Below are positions 8,995-19,387 of a stretch of DNA of 63,001 nucleotides, piece by piece. A program made the translations under genes and the position numbers. Under the pieces are notes generated by a model. It ran no database searches. It was not told where the DNA came from and saw only the letters and a list, made by a program, of their open reading frames with translations. Location: positions 1 through 63,001 of the forward strand of contig JBGSYZ010000012.1 in the NCBI GenBank assembly GCA_041750655.1, in the 5' to 3' direction. Source of the DNA: Minisyncoccia bacterium (GTDB lineage Bacteria > Patescibacteriota > Minisyncoccia > Phycocordibacterales > UBA918). The number at the start of each line of letters is the position of its first letter. Position 1 is the stretch's first letter.

Positions 8995-9417
8995 TTAAAG
9001 GGACTCTATTTTTACCTGAGCATAATGCTGTCGGTGACCTTGTTTACGATTACGGTTACTTTTAGCTTTGTAGCGAAGAATTGTTATCTTTGGCCCTTTC
9101 TTTTCCTTTAGGTACGTCGCGGTGACTTTAGCGCCTTTGATGTATGGAGTACCAACGGTAACGTCTTTGCCATTATCACTTAAAAGAACGTTTTCAAAAG
9201 TGATTTTGTCACCTTCTTTGTGATCTCCTTCGAGTAATTCAACTTCCAGAACATCACCTACTGAAACAATATATTGCTTACCGCCAGTTTCAATTACTGA
9301 AAAATCCTCAGACATTGTCTTTGCTACTTTTTTGGCCGGAGCCTTCTTGGTTGCTGCTTTAGGAGCTACTTTTTTAGTAGTTTTTTTGGCAGTCTTTTTT
9401 ACTGTTGTTTCAGCCAT
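8995..9417 (-). CDS. rplU: 50S ribosomal protein L21 with Lys/Ala-rich N-terminal extension
   Basis: VIETGGKQY.V..GD, GTPYIKGAKV.A, GHRQ.Y..VKI; start at 9417 or 9429. Confidence 0.95.
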   Translation of the reverse strand: MAETTVKKTAKKTTKKVAPKAATKKAPAKKVAKTMSEDFSVIETGGKQYIVSVGDVLEVELLEGDHKEGDKITFENVLLSDNGKDVTVGTPYIKGAKVTATYLKEKKGPKITILRYKAKSNRNRKQGHRQHYAQVKIESL

Positions 9418-9503
9418 AGTGGGCGCCATAGTACAAGATATCCTTGATTTTTGCAATAGTTTGGGTATTGTTGGTTTAGAAGATATGGCACAAGGAGAAA
9501 AAC

Positions 9504-9950
9504 ATGCCTGATTTTGGAAGCTTTGAAAAAACTATAAAAATTCTGGGTGACCAGAGGGTTGGAGTGCACCTATCACCAAGTGTTCAAAAACAATTTCAAA
9601 TACCAGTGCGAAGTGACCTGTATTTGATAAAAAAATTTGGTCGAGTGTCGCTACCGGAGTCGCTTGAACAAATATTTGTGACAGGTTACAGTCGTGCCTT
9701 TTCACACAACGTCTACCGAGACTATCGTGATTTACATAGAATGGTAGCAGCAAAAGGTACTCATCGTGGTTATTTATTCTCTTGGGATCCAAAACGACCC
9801 AACAGGACATGTAAAAATCTTTGGAAAACTGTTTCCTCGACTCGGAGCAAAAGCCTACTGGAACAAGAGTTCGCCGCTCGGCTATACACTGACGTCTTTA
9901 TAGCCGCAGTACTGACCTGCCCAATTACGGACAAAGATATTTTTGTCTAG
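9504..9950 (+). CDS. Hypothetical protein (148 aa)
   Basis: AAGGAG SD; terminator CGCCGTGCCCG/CGGGCACGGCG at 9957-9983. Confidence 0.7.
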   Translation: MPDFGSFEKTIKILGDQRVGVHLSPSVQKQFQIPVRSDLYLIKKFGRVSLPESLEQIFVTGYSRAFSHNVYRDYRDLHRMVAAKGTHRGYLFSWDPKRPNRTCKNLWKTVSSTRSKSLLEQEFAARLYTDVFIAAVLTCPITDKDIFV

Positions 9951-10008
9951 CTCCACCGCCGTGCCCGATTCTCGGGCACGGCGTATTTGTTTTTTCGTAA
10001 AAGAGCTA

Positions 10009-10155
10009 GTGTTTAAAATAAATGTGGTGATTTTGGAGACTTGCGCAGAAAGGGTCGACTTCGCAAGAAGTCGACCCTTTCGAGCATAGAGACAATTTTT
10101 ATTACTAAAAAAATTGGACTCGTGTCTCTAAAATTGCCACATTTATTTTAAACAC
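10009..10155 (+). ncRNA. Candidate structured RNA or MITE-like element
   Basis: 32-bp outer inverted repeat whose 3 mismatches are all G-U on the + strand; inner 15-bp hairpin with GCAA tetraloop. Confidence 0.45.
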
Positions 10156-10306
10156 GAACGAGTTTTTTTGCATTGGACTCGAGTCTCCAATTTATTATTT
10201 CAAAATATAAGCTAAGTTAGAGTTAGGTTTCCTTCCTCCTATTTCCTCATAAATATCGGAAATTTCTGCTGGGGCAGGACCAGAATAAAAGCAAAGTAGT
10301 TTGCTT

Positions 10307-11401
10307 TTATTCCTGCTTAGCTGGTTTATCTAACTCCATCACCTCAACACTCGATGTTCCATCGGTAATCCGCACTACGTCTTTTTCAATTTTATTGAGC
10401 TCCTTATAACCAGCGTTGTAGTGGTTAACTGTCGTTGAAAGTGAGTTACCCAGCTTTTGGTAATAATCCTCATACTTCCCTATGTGAGTATGTAATTTCT
10501 CCACATTCTTAATAATATCCTTAGCCTTATCTTCAATCTCCATTGCCTTAAGTCCTTGGAGTACTGTTTGTAAGTAGGCCAAGAACGAAGTCGGCGAGAC
10601 AATAATCACTTTATACGTCCCCGCCGCTCGCTGAATTAAATTCTCTTCCGAACCAAAAGCCGCCGGGTTAGCCAGCAAATCGTAGTAAATTCCCTCATGA
10701 GGAATAAACATAAAGGCAAAGTCAGTCGTGCCATCGGTCGGGCGGATATACTTCGATGTTTCGGTTATCCTTAGCTTTAGATCATTGAGGAATAACTTGC
10801 CCAGGCGAGCCTTTTCGGTAGCATCGTCAGTCTCGGCCATTCGGTTGTAATTTTCAAGCGAGAATTTTGAATCAATCGGAATGACTTTTCCTTTCACAAA
10901 TACAACGGCGTCTGGAATTAGTTTACTACCTTCGCCATCTTCACCGAGCTGGTACTGCATGGCGTAGCTTTCGGGCGGCAATACATTTTGCAACACCGTC
11001 TCCAAATAATACTCACCAAGAATTCCTCGCTGCTTTGGGTTTTTTAAAATATTTTGTAGTTCCTTGAGTTGGTCGGCCACGGCAAACACCTGCTTACTGC
11101 TTTCACCCACTTCAGTCACCCCTTTGACCACACTGCGCAACTGTTCGTTTACCTCCCGATTAATATCTTTGATGAGCTCACGACTCTCTTGAAATTGCGC
11201 CCGACTACCCTCTTGCATCAGCTTATTGTTCTCCCCTAAACGGATATCGACAGTTTTCCGCATTTCTTCTAATTGCTGTTGGAGCAACAACATACTAGCT
11301 GAGTCATCTTTTTTTTCTTCTTTCTTTATAAAAAAAACGTACACCAAAACTGCCAAAATAATGGCTAAAAGTAATAATAAAATTAATTCAGTAGGTGTCA
11401 T
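10307..11401 (-). CDS. rmuC: DNA recombination protein RmuC
   Basis: RG.LGE..LE.VL, PDAVV...IPIDSKF, DFAFMFIPHEG, VSPTSFLAYL; N-terminal TM helix. Confidence 0.93.
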   Translation of the reverse strand: MTPTELILLLLLAIILAVLVYVFFIKKEEKKDDSASMLLLQQQLEEMRKTVDIRLGENNKLMQEGSRAQFQESRELIKDINREVNEQLRSVVKGVTEVGESSKQVFAVADQLKELQNILKNPKQRGILGEYYLETVLQNVLPPESYAMQYQLGEDGEGSKLIPDAVVFVKGKVIPIDSKFSLENYNRMAETDDATEKARLGKLFLNDLKLRITETSKYIRPTDGTTDFAFMFIPHEGIYYDLLANPAAFGSEENLIQRAAGTYKVIIVSPTSFLAYLQTVLQGLKAMEIEDKAKDIIKNVEKLHTHIGKYEDYYQKLGNSLSTTVNHYNAGYKELNKIEKDVVRITDGTSSVEVMELDKPAKQE

Positions 11402-11549
11402 TGTATGAGTAAATCTACATCCCCTTGCGGGGGCGTACCTAAGAGCTGGACTTTCACCGGGTTTCTCGGGGATTCTCGTTTGTACGCGCTACTATAATCC
11501 CTTGTTCGCAGGGCAATTTTAACACATTATTTTTGGGCTGGAATATCTT

Positions 11550-14237
11550 TTATTTTTTTGAACGCTCAAAGAAAGCCCACTTGGCTGACTCAATCGTCGC
11601 TAAAGTAAGAACGCTAAACAGTAAGACGAGCATAAATTCCGACAGTGATATAGTTTCGTATGAAAGGACGTGTTTAAGGAAAGGCACGGTAACGGCCATA
11701 ACTAACAACAACAGACTAATCATGAAAGACCCAACAAAGAAAATGTTGTCCCGCAGTGGAACTTTCCAGAGAGGAACTGTTAATGAACGAAAAGCAAATG
11801 CGATAAACAAAGAATCCATAGAAACGGCCAAGAACATCACACTGCGCAATTCTTCAATTGGTAGCTGCATTGAGCGAACAATAAAATATAAAGAAACGAG
11901 AAGTAAACCAAGAATCACTACTACGACAGATATAAACTTCATCATTTCTTTAGAGAGGATTCCTTCCGCTCGTATATCCTGGGGTTTACGCTTCATCGCT
12001 CCTTTCTCGCCGCGTTCAAACGCGAAAGCCACACTCATCAAACCTTCCTCGATAACATTAGCCCAGAGTATTTGAGATGGGAGAATTGGCACTGGTGCGC
12101 CAATGAGCAAGGCGGCACCTATCAGCACTACTTCGGACAGACTGGTAGAAAGCAGATAGCCAACAATTTTTCGTAAGTTGCTGATGATACGCCGACCTTC
12201 TTCTATGGCAGCGTGGACGGTGGCGAAGGAGTCGTTTACTAACACCAAATCAGACGCCTCCTTCGCCACTTCGGTCCCCGACCCAATAGCGACTCCAATA
12301 TTGGCCTTGCGTAAGGCCGGAGCATCGTTGATGCCATCACCGGTCATCGCCACCACTTCTCCAGCTTCTTGTAGAACTTGCGCTAGACGCAGTTTTTGTT
12401 TTGGTAATACTCGGGCAAAAACACTGACATTTCTAAGTACATCGAGTAGTTCGCCATCACTCATTTTCTCTAACTCCAGACCAGTCAACGCAATTGAATC
12501 CTGATTCGCAATACCAACTTTTCGAGCAATCGAAAGTGCTGTCTCTGGATTATCCCCCGTCACCAAGGCAATCTTGGCTCCGGCCCCCAACACTCCAGCA
12601 ATTGCGTCTGCCACCCCTTCACGGACTGGGTCGGCCAATACCACTACCCCAATAAACACCAGCCCATCCAACATACCCTCGGTCTGCTCCGGAATGTCCG
12701 TATAATTTACAGCGCGATATCCAACCCCTACGAGACGCTTACCTTCTTTGGTAGCTACTTCAATTTCCGACTCAATCTGCTCTCGAACCTCATCGGTCAG
12801 TGGTGCTACACCAGAGCTAGTACGCACCGACTCTGCAAATTCAAGTAAATACTCTGGCGCACCATTTACACACAGTCGAAAACTGTCTGCATATGGCGTC
12901 AATCCAGCTGCAAAACGATTCTCGGAAGTAAACGCTAAATAATCAATCCGACGTCCCCGAGCAGTATCACTGTCCATATTGATGTCAATACTGTGAGCAG
13001 ATTCTAAAATAGAAGTCTCAACTGGATCGCCCCGTAGTTCGGATTTGTTTTCTTCTTCTATCACATCAATAAATGCGGCAGTGGCACATAAAGCCGTATC
13101 AAAAAGGTCTCGAGCTACTATGTCGTCTTTCCATTTTGGTCCCACTCCATGATAGGTTCGTTCACTATGGATAATGCCAGCTACAGCCATTTTGGCTTGG
13201 GTGAGCGTCCCGGTTTTGTCGGTGAGGACATATGTAGTAGAGCCAAGTGTTTCAGCTGCCAATAGATTACGGACCAAACCACCCCGCTTCAAAAGCGCCT
13301 CCATCCCTACAGCTAGAATAATAGTCACCGCCGCTGGTAACCCTTCTGGTACGGACGCCACCGCAATAGCAATCGCGGTCAATAACATATTGGTGACACT
13401 CTGGCCTTGAATAATACCAATGATAAAAATCAGTACTACTAATACTGAAATAATAATAAGCATAATTCGTGACACACGCTCCATTTCTTTTTGTAGGGGT
13501 GTTTCTGGATCCTCTACAGCATCAATATCCTCAGCCAAAGAACCGACTTCGGTGGTGTCTCCAGTGGCTACTACCACCCCAGACCCTGAACCTTTACTAA
13601 CAAAAGTCCCCATCCAAGCCATAGAGTAACGTTCAGCAAACGGTGCTCCTACCGCTACTGGTTCAACTGATTTATTTACAGCCAACCATTCACCGGTCAT
13701 GGCTGCTTCATTGATGGCTAACTTCTTAGTTTTTAAAAGCCGCATATCTGCGGGCACTTGCCCACCATCGCTTAATTGCACAATATCACCAGGAACGAGT
13801 TCTGAGGCTTCTATCTGGTGCAAACCACCATTTCTATACACCGTCGCCATTTTTACCTGGGAACTAGCCAAGGTATCAAACGCCCGTGATGCTTTCCCTT
13901 CTTGAAGTACTCCGACGACAACCGCAATTGCGAGTGCAAAAGCAATTACTCCGGCGTCAATAAATTCTTGGAAGGCTAGGGTCAGAAAAAAAGCTACCAC
14001 CAAAACAATCGCTAGCGGACTTCGCAACTGCTTGTAGATAGTGACTACGAGTGATTCTTTTTTCTTTTTAGTGAAAGAGTTTGTTCCGTACTTTTTTCTT
14101 CTTTCGATAATTTCAGGCGCCGATAGACCATGTTCGGACACTCCCAAAAGCGAAAGAACTTCGTGAATCTCTTTCGCGTGCCAGTCCGACACTGTGGAAG
14201 ATTCACGTAAAAGATACTCCGTTTGAGACGAACTCAT
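11550..14237 (-). CDS. Cation-transporting P-type ATPase (Ca2+-type)
   Basis: DKTGT phosphorylation site, PEGLPA, TGDN, MTGDGINDAPAL. Confidence 0.95.
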   Translation of the reverse strand: MSSSQTEYLLRESSTVSDWHAKEIHEVLSLLGVSEHGLSAPEIIERRKKYGTNSFTKKKKESLVVTIYKQLRSPLAIVLVVAFFLTLAFQEFIDAGVIAFALAIAVVVGVLQEGKASRAFDTLASSQVKMATVYRNGGLHQIEASELVPGDIVQLSDGGQVPADMRLLKTKKLAINEAAMTGEWLAVNKSVEPVAVGAPFAERYSMAWMGTFVSKGSGSGVVVATGDTTEVGSLAEDIDAVEDPETPLQKEMERVSRIMLIIISVLVVLIFIIGIIQGQSVTNMLLTAIAIAVASVPEGLPAAVTIILAVGMEALLKRGGLVRNLLAAETLGSTTYVLTDKTGTLTQAKMAVAGIIHSERTYHGVGPKWKDDIVARDLFDTALCATAAFIDVIEEENKSELRGDPVETSILESAHSIDINMDSDTARGRRIDYLAFTSENRFAAGLTPYADSFRLCVNGAPEYLLEFAESVRTSSGVAPLTDEVREQIESEIEVATKEGKRLVGVGYRAVNYTDIPEQTEGMLDGLVFIGVVVLADPVREGVADAIAGVLGAGAKIALVTGDNPETALSIARKVGIANQDSIALTGLELEKMSDGELLDVLRNVSVFARVLPKQKLRLAQVLQEAGEVVAMTGDGINDAPALRKANIGVAIGSGTEVAKEASDLVLVNDSFATVHAAIEEGRRIISNLRKIVGYLLSTSLSEVVLIGAALLIGAPVPILPSQILWANVIEEGLMSVAFAFERGEKGAMKRKPQDIRAEGILSKEMMKFISVVVVILGLLLVSLYFIVRSMQLPIEELRSVMFLAVSMDSLFIAFAFRSLTVPLWKVPLRDNIFFVGSFMISLLLLVMAVTVPFLKHVLSYETISLSEFMLVLLFSVLTLATIESAKWAFFERSKK

Positions 14238-14280
14238 ATGATGGTATTATAGCAATACAAATCAGGTAAAAATTGAAATT

Positions 14281-14733
14281 ATGTCATTACACGAGGATAT
14301 TAAGGGTGAACTCAAAGAAGCGATGAAAGCGAAAGAAGCTACTCGCCTATCTGTTATCAGAGGTATGCTGACTGCTTTTACTAACGAGCTTGTCGCCACC
14401 AACCGCACACCCCAGGACATACTAAAAGATGATGAGGTGTTAGCTGTTATCAAACGACTAGCTAAACAACGCAAAGAATCTATCGTGCAATACGAAGCGG
14501 CAGGTCGCCAAGAATTGGCTGATCCAGAAAAAGACGAACTCAAAATCCTCGAAGCGTACCTCCCCCAGCTTATGAGCCAGGAAGAAATCAAACCAATCGC
14601 CGAAGCTAAAAAAGCCGAGCTCGGTGTTGAAGATAAATCAAAGATGGGAATTCTCATTGGTGCAGTGATGAAAGAACTTGGTGGTAAGGCTGATGGTGGT
14701 GATGTGAAAGTAGTCGTAGAAAGTTTATTTTAG
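14281..14733 (+). CDS. GatB/YqeY domain protein
   Basis: KEAMKAK...RLS..R, KQRKES...Y..AGR.EL...E..E...L..YLP, GKADG. Confidence 0.92.
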   Translation: MSLHEDIKGELKEAMKAKEATRLSVIRGMLTAFTNELVATNRTPQDILKDDEVLAVIKRLAKQRKESIVQYEAAGRQELADPEKDELKILEAYLPQLMSQEEIKPIAEAKKAELGVEDKSKMGILIGAVMKELGGKADGGDVKVVVESLF

Positions 14734-14750
14734 TAATAGTTAATTAAATT

Positions 14751-14942
14751 ATGGAAGGAATAGAATCAACCAAGTACTTACAAGAGATAATGATGCTTGG
14801 TAATCACCTAGAGCAAGAAGGAATAGACGTGCATGATACTGAAGCTGTTTTGGAAGCAGCAAAGGATCTGTTTGGAGAAGGACAGCCAGAACACGAGGTA
14901 GAGGAAATTGTCAGTGAATTCTTTACGGACCAGCAAGGCTAG
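14751..14942 (+). CDS. Small acidic hypothetical protein
   Basis: 63-aa ORF filling the intergenic gap. Confidence 0.55.
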   Translation: MEGIESTKYLQEIMMLGNHLEQEGIDVHDTEAVLEAAKDLFGEGQPEHEVEEIVSEFFTDQQG

Positions 14943-15002
14943 TATTTACTTTTTTTATATTTATTGTATACTCTCGCCAGAAAAAAATGACGGAGTGTTT
15001 AC

Positions 15003-15248
15003 ATGAATAACCCTACGCGATACCCTTTCTTCTCCCCGACGGGTTCATACCTGAAGGTACGCCGTGAAGACACTTCGGTCATCATTGAACAGGGTGACCT
15101 CCAGCCTTACAAACTCAGAAGTTTCGAGTATGGCCAGCAGAAAAACCCACTCGAGCAAGCAGCCCAGTGGAAAATCGAAGAAAAGGACCCACTTATCATC
15201 GACGATGAGGACGACTTTTCTCTCATCGATGATGAAGACAAGCCATAA
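15003..15248 (+). CDS. Hypothetical protein (81 aa)
   Basis: TATACT -10 box and GGAG SD upstream. Confidence 0.55.
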   Translation: MNNPTRYPFFSPTGSYLKVRREDTSVIIEQGDLQPYKLRSFEYGQQKNPLEQAAQWKIEEKDPLIIDDEDDFSLIDDEDKP

Positions 15249-15263
15249 AAATAGGAGGCTTTC

Positions 15264-15893
15264 TTGAATAAACAAATGTTCAAGCGTGGAGATGGTTGTA
15301 TACTCGCCACTCTTTACTACGATAACGACTCGTACACAGTTAGTATCGAACCCAAACCAAACGGGTTTGAAGCAACTGATGTTCGAGATACGGGCAACAA
15401 ACGAGTCACTGGCGAGAAAAAAAACCAACTTATGAGCGTGGCTGTTCGTGAACTTATGATTTGGTACAGATCAAAACTTACTCAACCAAGCCATGTGAGG
15501 GTACCCTTTGGTGAGCGAGTGTCAGTGGCCTTTGCACTTACCTTATACCAACTTGAGGATGACGTAAGAGCCAAACTGACACCACTGGGACGATACGACC
15601 TCCGGCTACTTGAACAAACGGCCGTAGATATTTCAGCCAGTATCAAGAAGGCCAATATTGACGCGAAAGCGACATCACGAAAACTTGAGTCTGGTTACGT
15701 AAACGAACTAAAGCGTGACCAACTCAAGCGACTGGGTAAAATTGTTCTTTGCAACCCAGAACGAAGAGACTTCTACAGCTCAGTATTGTCACGAGTATTT
15801 GCCTGGAAAGGCGGTAGAATACCTCGAGAAGACTACGAAACCGCACAAAGATACCTACCGGGTCTTCTAATAGCGTTTTCGTTACAAGGATAG
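15264..15893 (+). CDS. Hypothetical protein (209 aa)
   Basis: AGGAGG SD before a TTG start; terminator hairpin at 15920-15948. Confidence 0.7.
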   Translation: MNKQMFKRGDGCILATLYYDNDSYTVSIEPKPNGFEATDVRDTGNKRVTGEKKNQLMSVAVRELMIWYRSKLTQPSHVRVPFGERVSVAFALTLYQLEDDVRAKLTPLGRYDLRLLEQTAVDISASIKKANIDAKATSRKLESGYVNELKRDQLKRLGKIVLCNPERRDFYSSVLSRVFAWKGGRIPREDYETAQRYLPGLLIAFSLQG

Positions 15894-15953
15894 AATATAA
15901 ACCGCGAGGCAGCGGCAAGAAACCCGAACGTGATTCACGTTCGGGTTTTAACT

Positions 15954-16652
15954 TTACATTTCTTCAATTTTTCTAGCATTTTTGATATCAAACTTCCCAA
16001 CCTTGGTGCGGCGTAAATTTCTGAGTGTAGCTGGGTATCCAAGCCGCCTACCAAGCTCTTCACAAAGTGAACGGATGTAGGTGCCGGAAGCAACGTAGAA
16101 GCGGATGGTGGCGACGGCTTTGCCGTTGCCACTCTCTACGCTCAGTAATTCCGCTTCATAAACCCTCATCTCACGCATTGGCACATCACTAACCTCCTCT
16201 CCTTTTTTCTCTGCCGCTCGCGCTCGCTTGTACATTGCTACCCCGTCTTTTTTAATGGCTGAGTAGGCAGAAACTGGCAGGGTGATAGTGCCTATCATTT
16301 CACGAAGTGAGGAGGAGATTTTGCTTCGCAAAATCTCCTCCGCTTCCACTACCTCTTTTTCGGCTGTCACTTCCCCTTCCATATCGCCGGTAGTCCTTCG
16401 TTCACCCAGCAATACTTCGGCAACATACTCTTTGTCTAGTTTTATATACTCTTGGAGTTTTTTGGTGCCTGCACCAACTCCGATTATCATTAATCCCGTC
16501 GCCAGTGGGTCCAGTGTCCCTGCATGACCCATTTTGGGTGCTTTTGCACCGTTATGCGCCGTGCTGTAGGCACGGCGCAAACGACGAATAACATCAAACG
16601 AAGTAATGCCCGCTGGTTTATCAATTAATAATATTTCTGGCCACTCTGACAT
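15954..16652 (-). CDS. truB: tRNA pseudouridine(55) synthase
   Basis: DKPAGITSFDV, GHAGTLDPLATG, SGTYIRSL, LRRTKVG. Confidence 0.96.
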   Translation of the reverse strand: MSEWPEILLIDKPAGITSFDVIRRLRRAYSTAHNGAKAPKMGHAGTLDPLATGLMIIGVGAGTKKLQEYIKLDKEYVAEVLLGERRTTGDMEGEVTAEKEVVEAEEILRSKISSSLREMIGTITLPVSAYSAIKKDGVAMYKRARAAEKKGEEVSDVPMREMRVYEAELLSVESGNGKAVATIRFYVASGTYIRSLCEELGRRLGYPATLRNLRRTKVGKFDIKNARKIEEM

Positions 16653-16661
16653 GGCCGCAGT

Positions 16662-17615
16662 TTAGATGAACTCCGAGAGTTTTACAACAAAAAAAGCAAA
16701 AAACAGAAGCATCATCATTCCCTCCCAACGCATTATCTGTCGAGCTAAACCATTGACGAAGAAAATTGAAGATGCTGCCAATAATACAATTACTCCTAAT
16801 TGCATCACTACTTCATCTGCTATTAATGTCGAAATAAGGCCTGGAATACCAATAACGACTAAAATATTAAACGCATTAGAACCAAAAATGTTACCAATAG
16901 CTAACTCGGATTCGCCTGATTTAATTGCTTGAATAGTTACAAACAACTCAGGTAAAGAGGTGCCGAGAGCTATAGCTGCAATAGAAACTAAGCCTACTGG
17001 CACGTTAGCGGCAGTGGCTATATTGATAACCATTTCCACGGTATAGTTTGCACCAACCAGAACAAAGAAAAGGCCCATTAAAATAAATGCCACTGATTTG
17101 GCTTCAAGTCGTGGTCTATGTCGCTTTTTATCGTGAACCAAATCAACCTTATCGTCTCCTTCAGCCTCATACATGAGGTAATACACATAGGCACAGAAAG
17201 TACCCAGCAGAAGAACAGATTCAATTCTGTCGATGACTCCATCATGTACCACTAATAAAAAATGGGCAGTAGCAATAAAAAAGATTGGTAACTCAGTCTT
17301 GATCAAGTCTCTTTTGATGATAATTCGACCGCCAAATGCGGCCAACACTCCCACAATTAAAAGAATATTAGTGATGTTTGAGCCGACAGCATTAGCAATA
17401 ACAATCTCGCCGGCGCCGTTTAAAGCTGCAGCGATAGAAGACGCCAGCTCAGGCAGTGATGTCCCAAACCCCACTATCAAAACACCTATAGCGAAGGTGC
17501 TCATACCGAGCGAGGCCCCCATCTGCTTTGCACCAATAATAAACATATCCGCCCCACGCACCAGTGCAAACAACGCTGCTGCCAATACAGCTAGCCAAAT
17601 AGAAATTTCAATCAT
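16662..17615 (-). CDS. Ca2+/Na+ antiporter (YrbG family)
   Basis: Two alpha-repeats GTSLPE with GSN..NI. Confidence 0.93.
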   Translation of the reverse strand: MIEISIWLAVLAAALFALVRGADMFIIGAKQMGASLGMSTFAIGVLIVGFGTSLPELASSIAAALNGAGEIVIANAVGSNITNILLIVGVLAAFGGRIIIKRDLIKTELPIFFIATAHFLLVVHDGVIDRIESVLLLGTFCAYVYYLMYEAEGDDKVDLVHDKKRHRPRLEAKSVAFILMGLFFVLVGANYTVEMVINIATAANVPVGLVSIAAIALGTSLPELFVTIQAIKSGESELAIGNIFGSNAFNILVVIGIPGLISTLIADEVVMQLGVIVLLAASSIFFVNGLARQIMRWEGMMMLLFFAFFVVKLSEFI

Positions 17616-17633
17616 GGATTATATTGTAACCCA

Positions 17634-18878
17634 TTAGAGTACTAAGGCATTTGGATTAAGCACAAGAATAAGTCCGAGTAGAAGCATCAAGGCCCCACCA
17701 ATAAGAAGTGAGAGCTGCGCATACCGATGTCCATGAGCCTCGAGCTTGGAGAAGCCCCACACAGCTAAGCCAAACACAATAAGATCGTCTACCATGTACC
17801 CAAAGGTGTATATTAGAATGTAGAATTGTTGCTCAAAGAACGATAACGCATTGAGCTCTAAAATCTTGGTGTATGCTTGTGGAATACCAATTGAACACGC
17901 AAATTCAATAATATTGACTGAAAATGCAATCACAATTATTGCTCCGATTGTCGCTATGGTAAGCGGTTGATTTACAATCGCCTGGAAGCGACTAATGGTT
18001 TTGCTCTGTGTTTCAATATCACTGATATCACACACCAACGCCACTTCACGATTTTTATACCATCGGAAAAGAAAGAAGGCTCCACCACCCAAAGCGAGTA
18101 GGCCAACTAATGGCGTAACGATTTGATCTAACGCGACAAAGTCCCACACCTTATACCAAACGTTAAGAATCAAGTTATACATCACCGCCTCAGCCACAAT
18201 AAATAAGCCGGCTAAGAAAATCATTTTCTTACGACTACCAGCTTGTGAGAGCAATACCAAGAAAGTCACCAACACCCACATCGCACATGGATTGAAGCCG
18301 TCAATCACCCCCAGTAAAGCTGACAAGGTAAACAGTGAGAAAGTTTTAAGGTCAACTATTCCAATAAACGGCAAATCAAAAACATACACCTCACTAGCTG
18401 CTGCGTCACATTCAGCGTCTGTACAACCGCTACCAGCTTCAACGGTCTGAGCCGGAGCTCTATCTAAGTGCTCTTGGGGAGTCCGGATATCGGTGGCATC
18501 AATATTCTCTGCTGCCACAAGAATCTGTTTCCCGGTTGTTTCAACTCCATTAAAACCAACAAAGGCTTTCTCCCCCACTATCGTAATCGGCGTTACTTTC
18601 GATGTTTCGTGTTTTTCAGCAATTCCTTCCCAGAGTTTTTTCGCTGCTGCATCGTCAACAATATTTAAATAAATATAGGGGATATTTTCTTTTTCAAGCC
18701 ACTCCTTTTCGGCTTTACAAAATCCACAGTCATCACGACCAAACATGTATATTACTGCGGCTGACACCGGCTCGCTATCGCTCGCCGGCGCGGTTTCTTG
18801 AGCTACTACTCCTAGTGGTTGAAAAATAAATAGTAAAAGAAAAATAAGGCCCAATAACGGCCGTGTGTACGTTGTCAT
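17634..18878 (-). CDS. Glutaredoxin-like domain (CGFC) fused to a CcdA/DsbD-like membrane domain
   Basis: Signal peptide, DDCGFCK, TM region with DGFNPCAMW and IEFACSIG. Confidence 0.75.
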   Translation of the reverse strand: MTTYTRPLLGLIFLLLFIFQPLGVVAQETAPASDSEPVSAAVIYMFGRDDCGFCKAEKEWLEKENIPYIYLNIVDDAAAKKLWEGIAEKHETSKVTPITIVGEKAFVGFNGVETTGKQILVAAENIDATDIRTPQEHLDRAPAQTVEAGSGCTDAECDAAASEVYVFDLPFIGIVDLKTFSLFTLSALLGVIDGFNPCAMWVLVTFLVLLSQAGSRKKMIFLAGLFIVAEAVMYNLILNVWYKVWDFVALDQIVTPLVGLLALGGGAFFLFRWYKNREVALVCDISDIETQSKTISRFQAIVNQPLTIATIGAIIVIAFSVNIIEFACSIGIPQAYTKILELNALSFFEQQFYILIYTFGYMVDDLIVFGLAVWGFSKLEAHGHRYAQLSLLIGGALMLLLGLILVLNPNALVL

Positions 18879-18949
18879 ATATGCACTATCCTAACAGATT
18901 ATTGAGTATAAAAAAATGATGGCCGGGCGCGTACGCGCCCGGCCATGGA

Positions 18950-19243
18950 TTAATTATGAATTCCGTCCCATTCATGAAGTTTTTGTGGTTTTTTCTCGTT
19001 CAACCAAATTTCCATCACATTGGCTACAGCGCCAAGCTTGGTACCAGTCACAAAACGCTGGATTATACTAATTAATTTAGCCAATGTTTCAGAATCAGGG
19101 ATTATCGAATCTCCCTCTATACCTTCCAGTAATACATTGAGGAGTTTTTGTACTTCATCATTGTAAAATCTTTCACCGAGCACCTCAGGATTATCAAGAG
19201 TTTTTTGAAGCCACTCTTTGGTGTAGATTGGATACTCTGCCAT
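18950..19243 (-). CDS. Hypothetical protein
   Basis: ORF; probable start ATG 19243 with GGAG SD; terminator-like hairpin at about 18920-18946. Confidence 0.6.
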   Translation of the reverse strand: MAEYPIYTKEWLQKTLDNPEVLGERFYNDEVQKLLNVLLEGIEGDSIIPDSETLAKLISIIQRFVTGTKLGAVANVMEIWLNEKKPQKLHEWDGIHN

Positions 19244-19298
19244 CTCATTCTCCACTGCATCTACGTCTAGAAAACTAGATTTATTGTGGTTTGTCAAT

Positions 19299-19383
19299 AA
19301 AAGCCGCTCTCATCACTTTTGAATAGACTTCCCTAACCCAATGCCCGCAGGGCGTCTATGAGAAAGTGATGAGAGCGGCTTTT
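19299..19383 (-). ncRNA. Structured element, family 2, copy 1
   Basis: 21-bp perfect inverted repeat enclosing ATAGAC-GCCC.TGC.GGGC-14 nt-GTCTAT. Confidence 0.5.
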
Positions 19384-19387
19384 TAAA

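Noticed and set aside
215-14978. Shared 14-mer TGTATACTCTCGCC at 215-228 and 14965-14978
   Set aside because: One copy is constrained by coding sequence and both contain a -10 box; probably coincidence.
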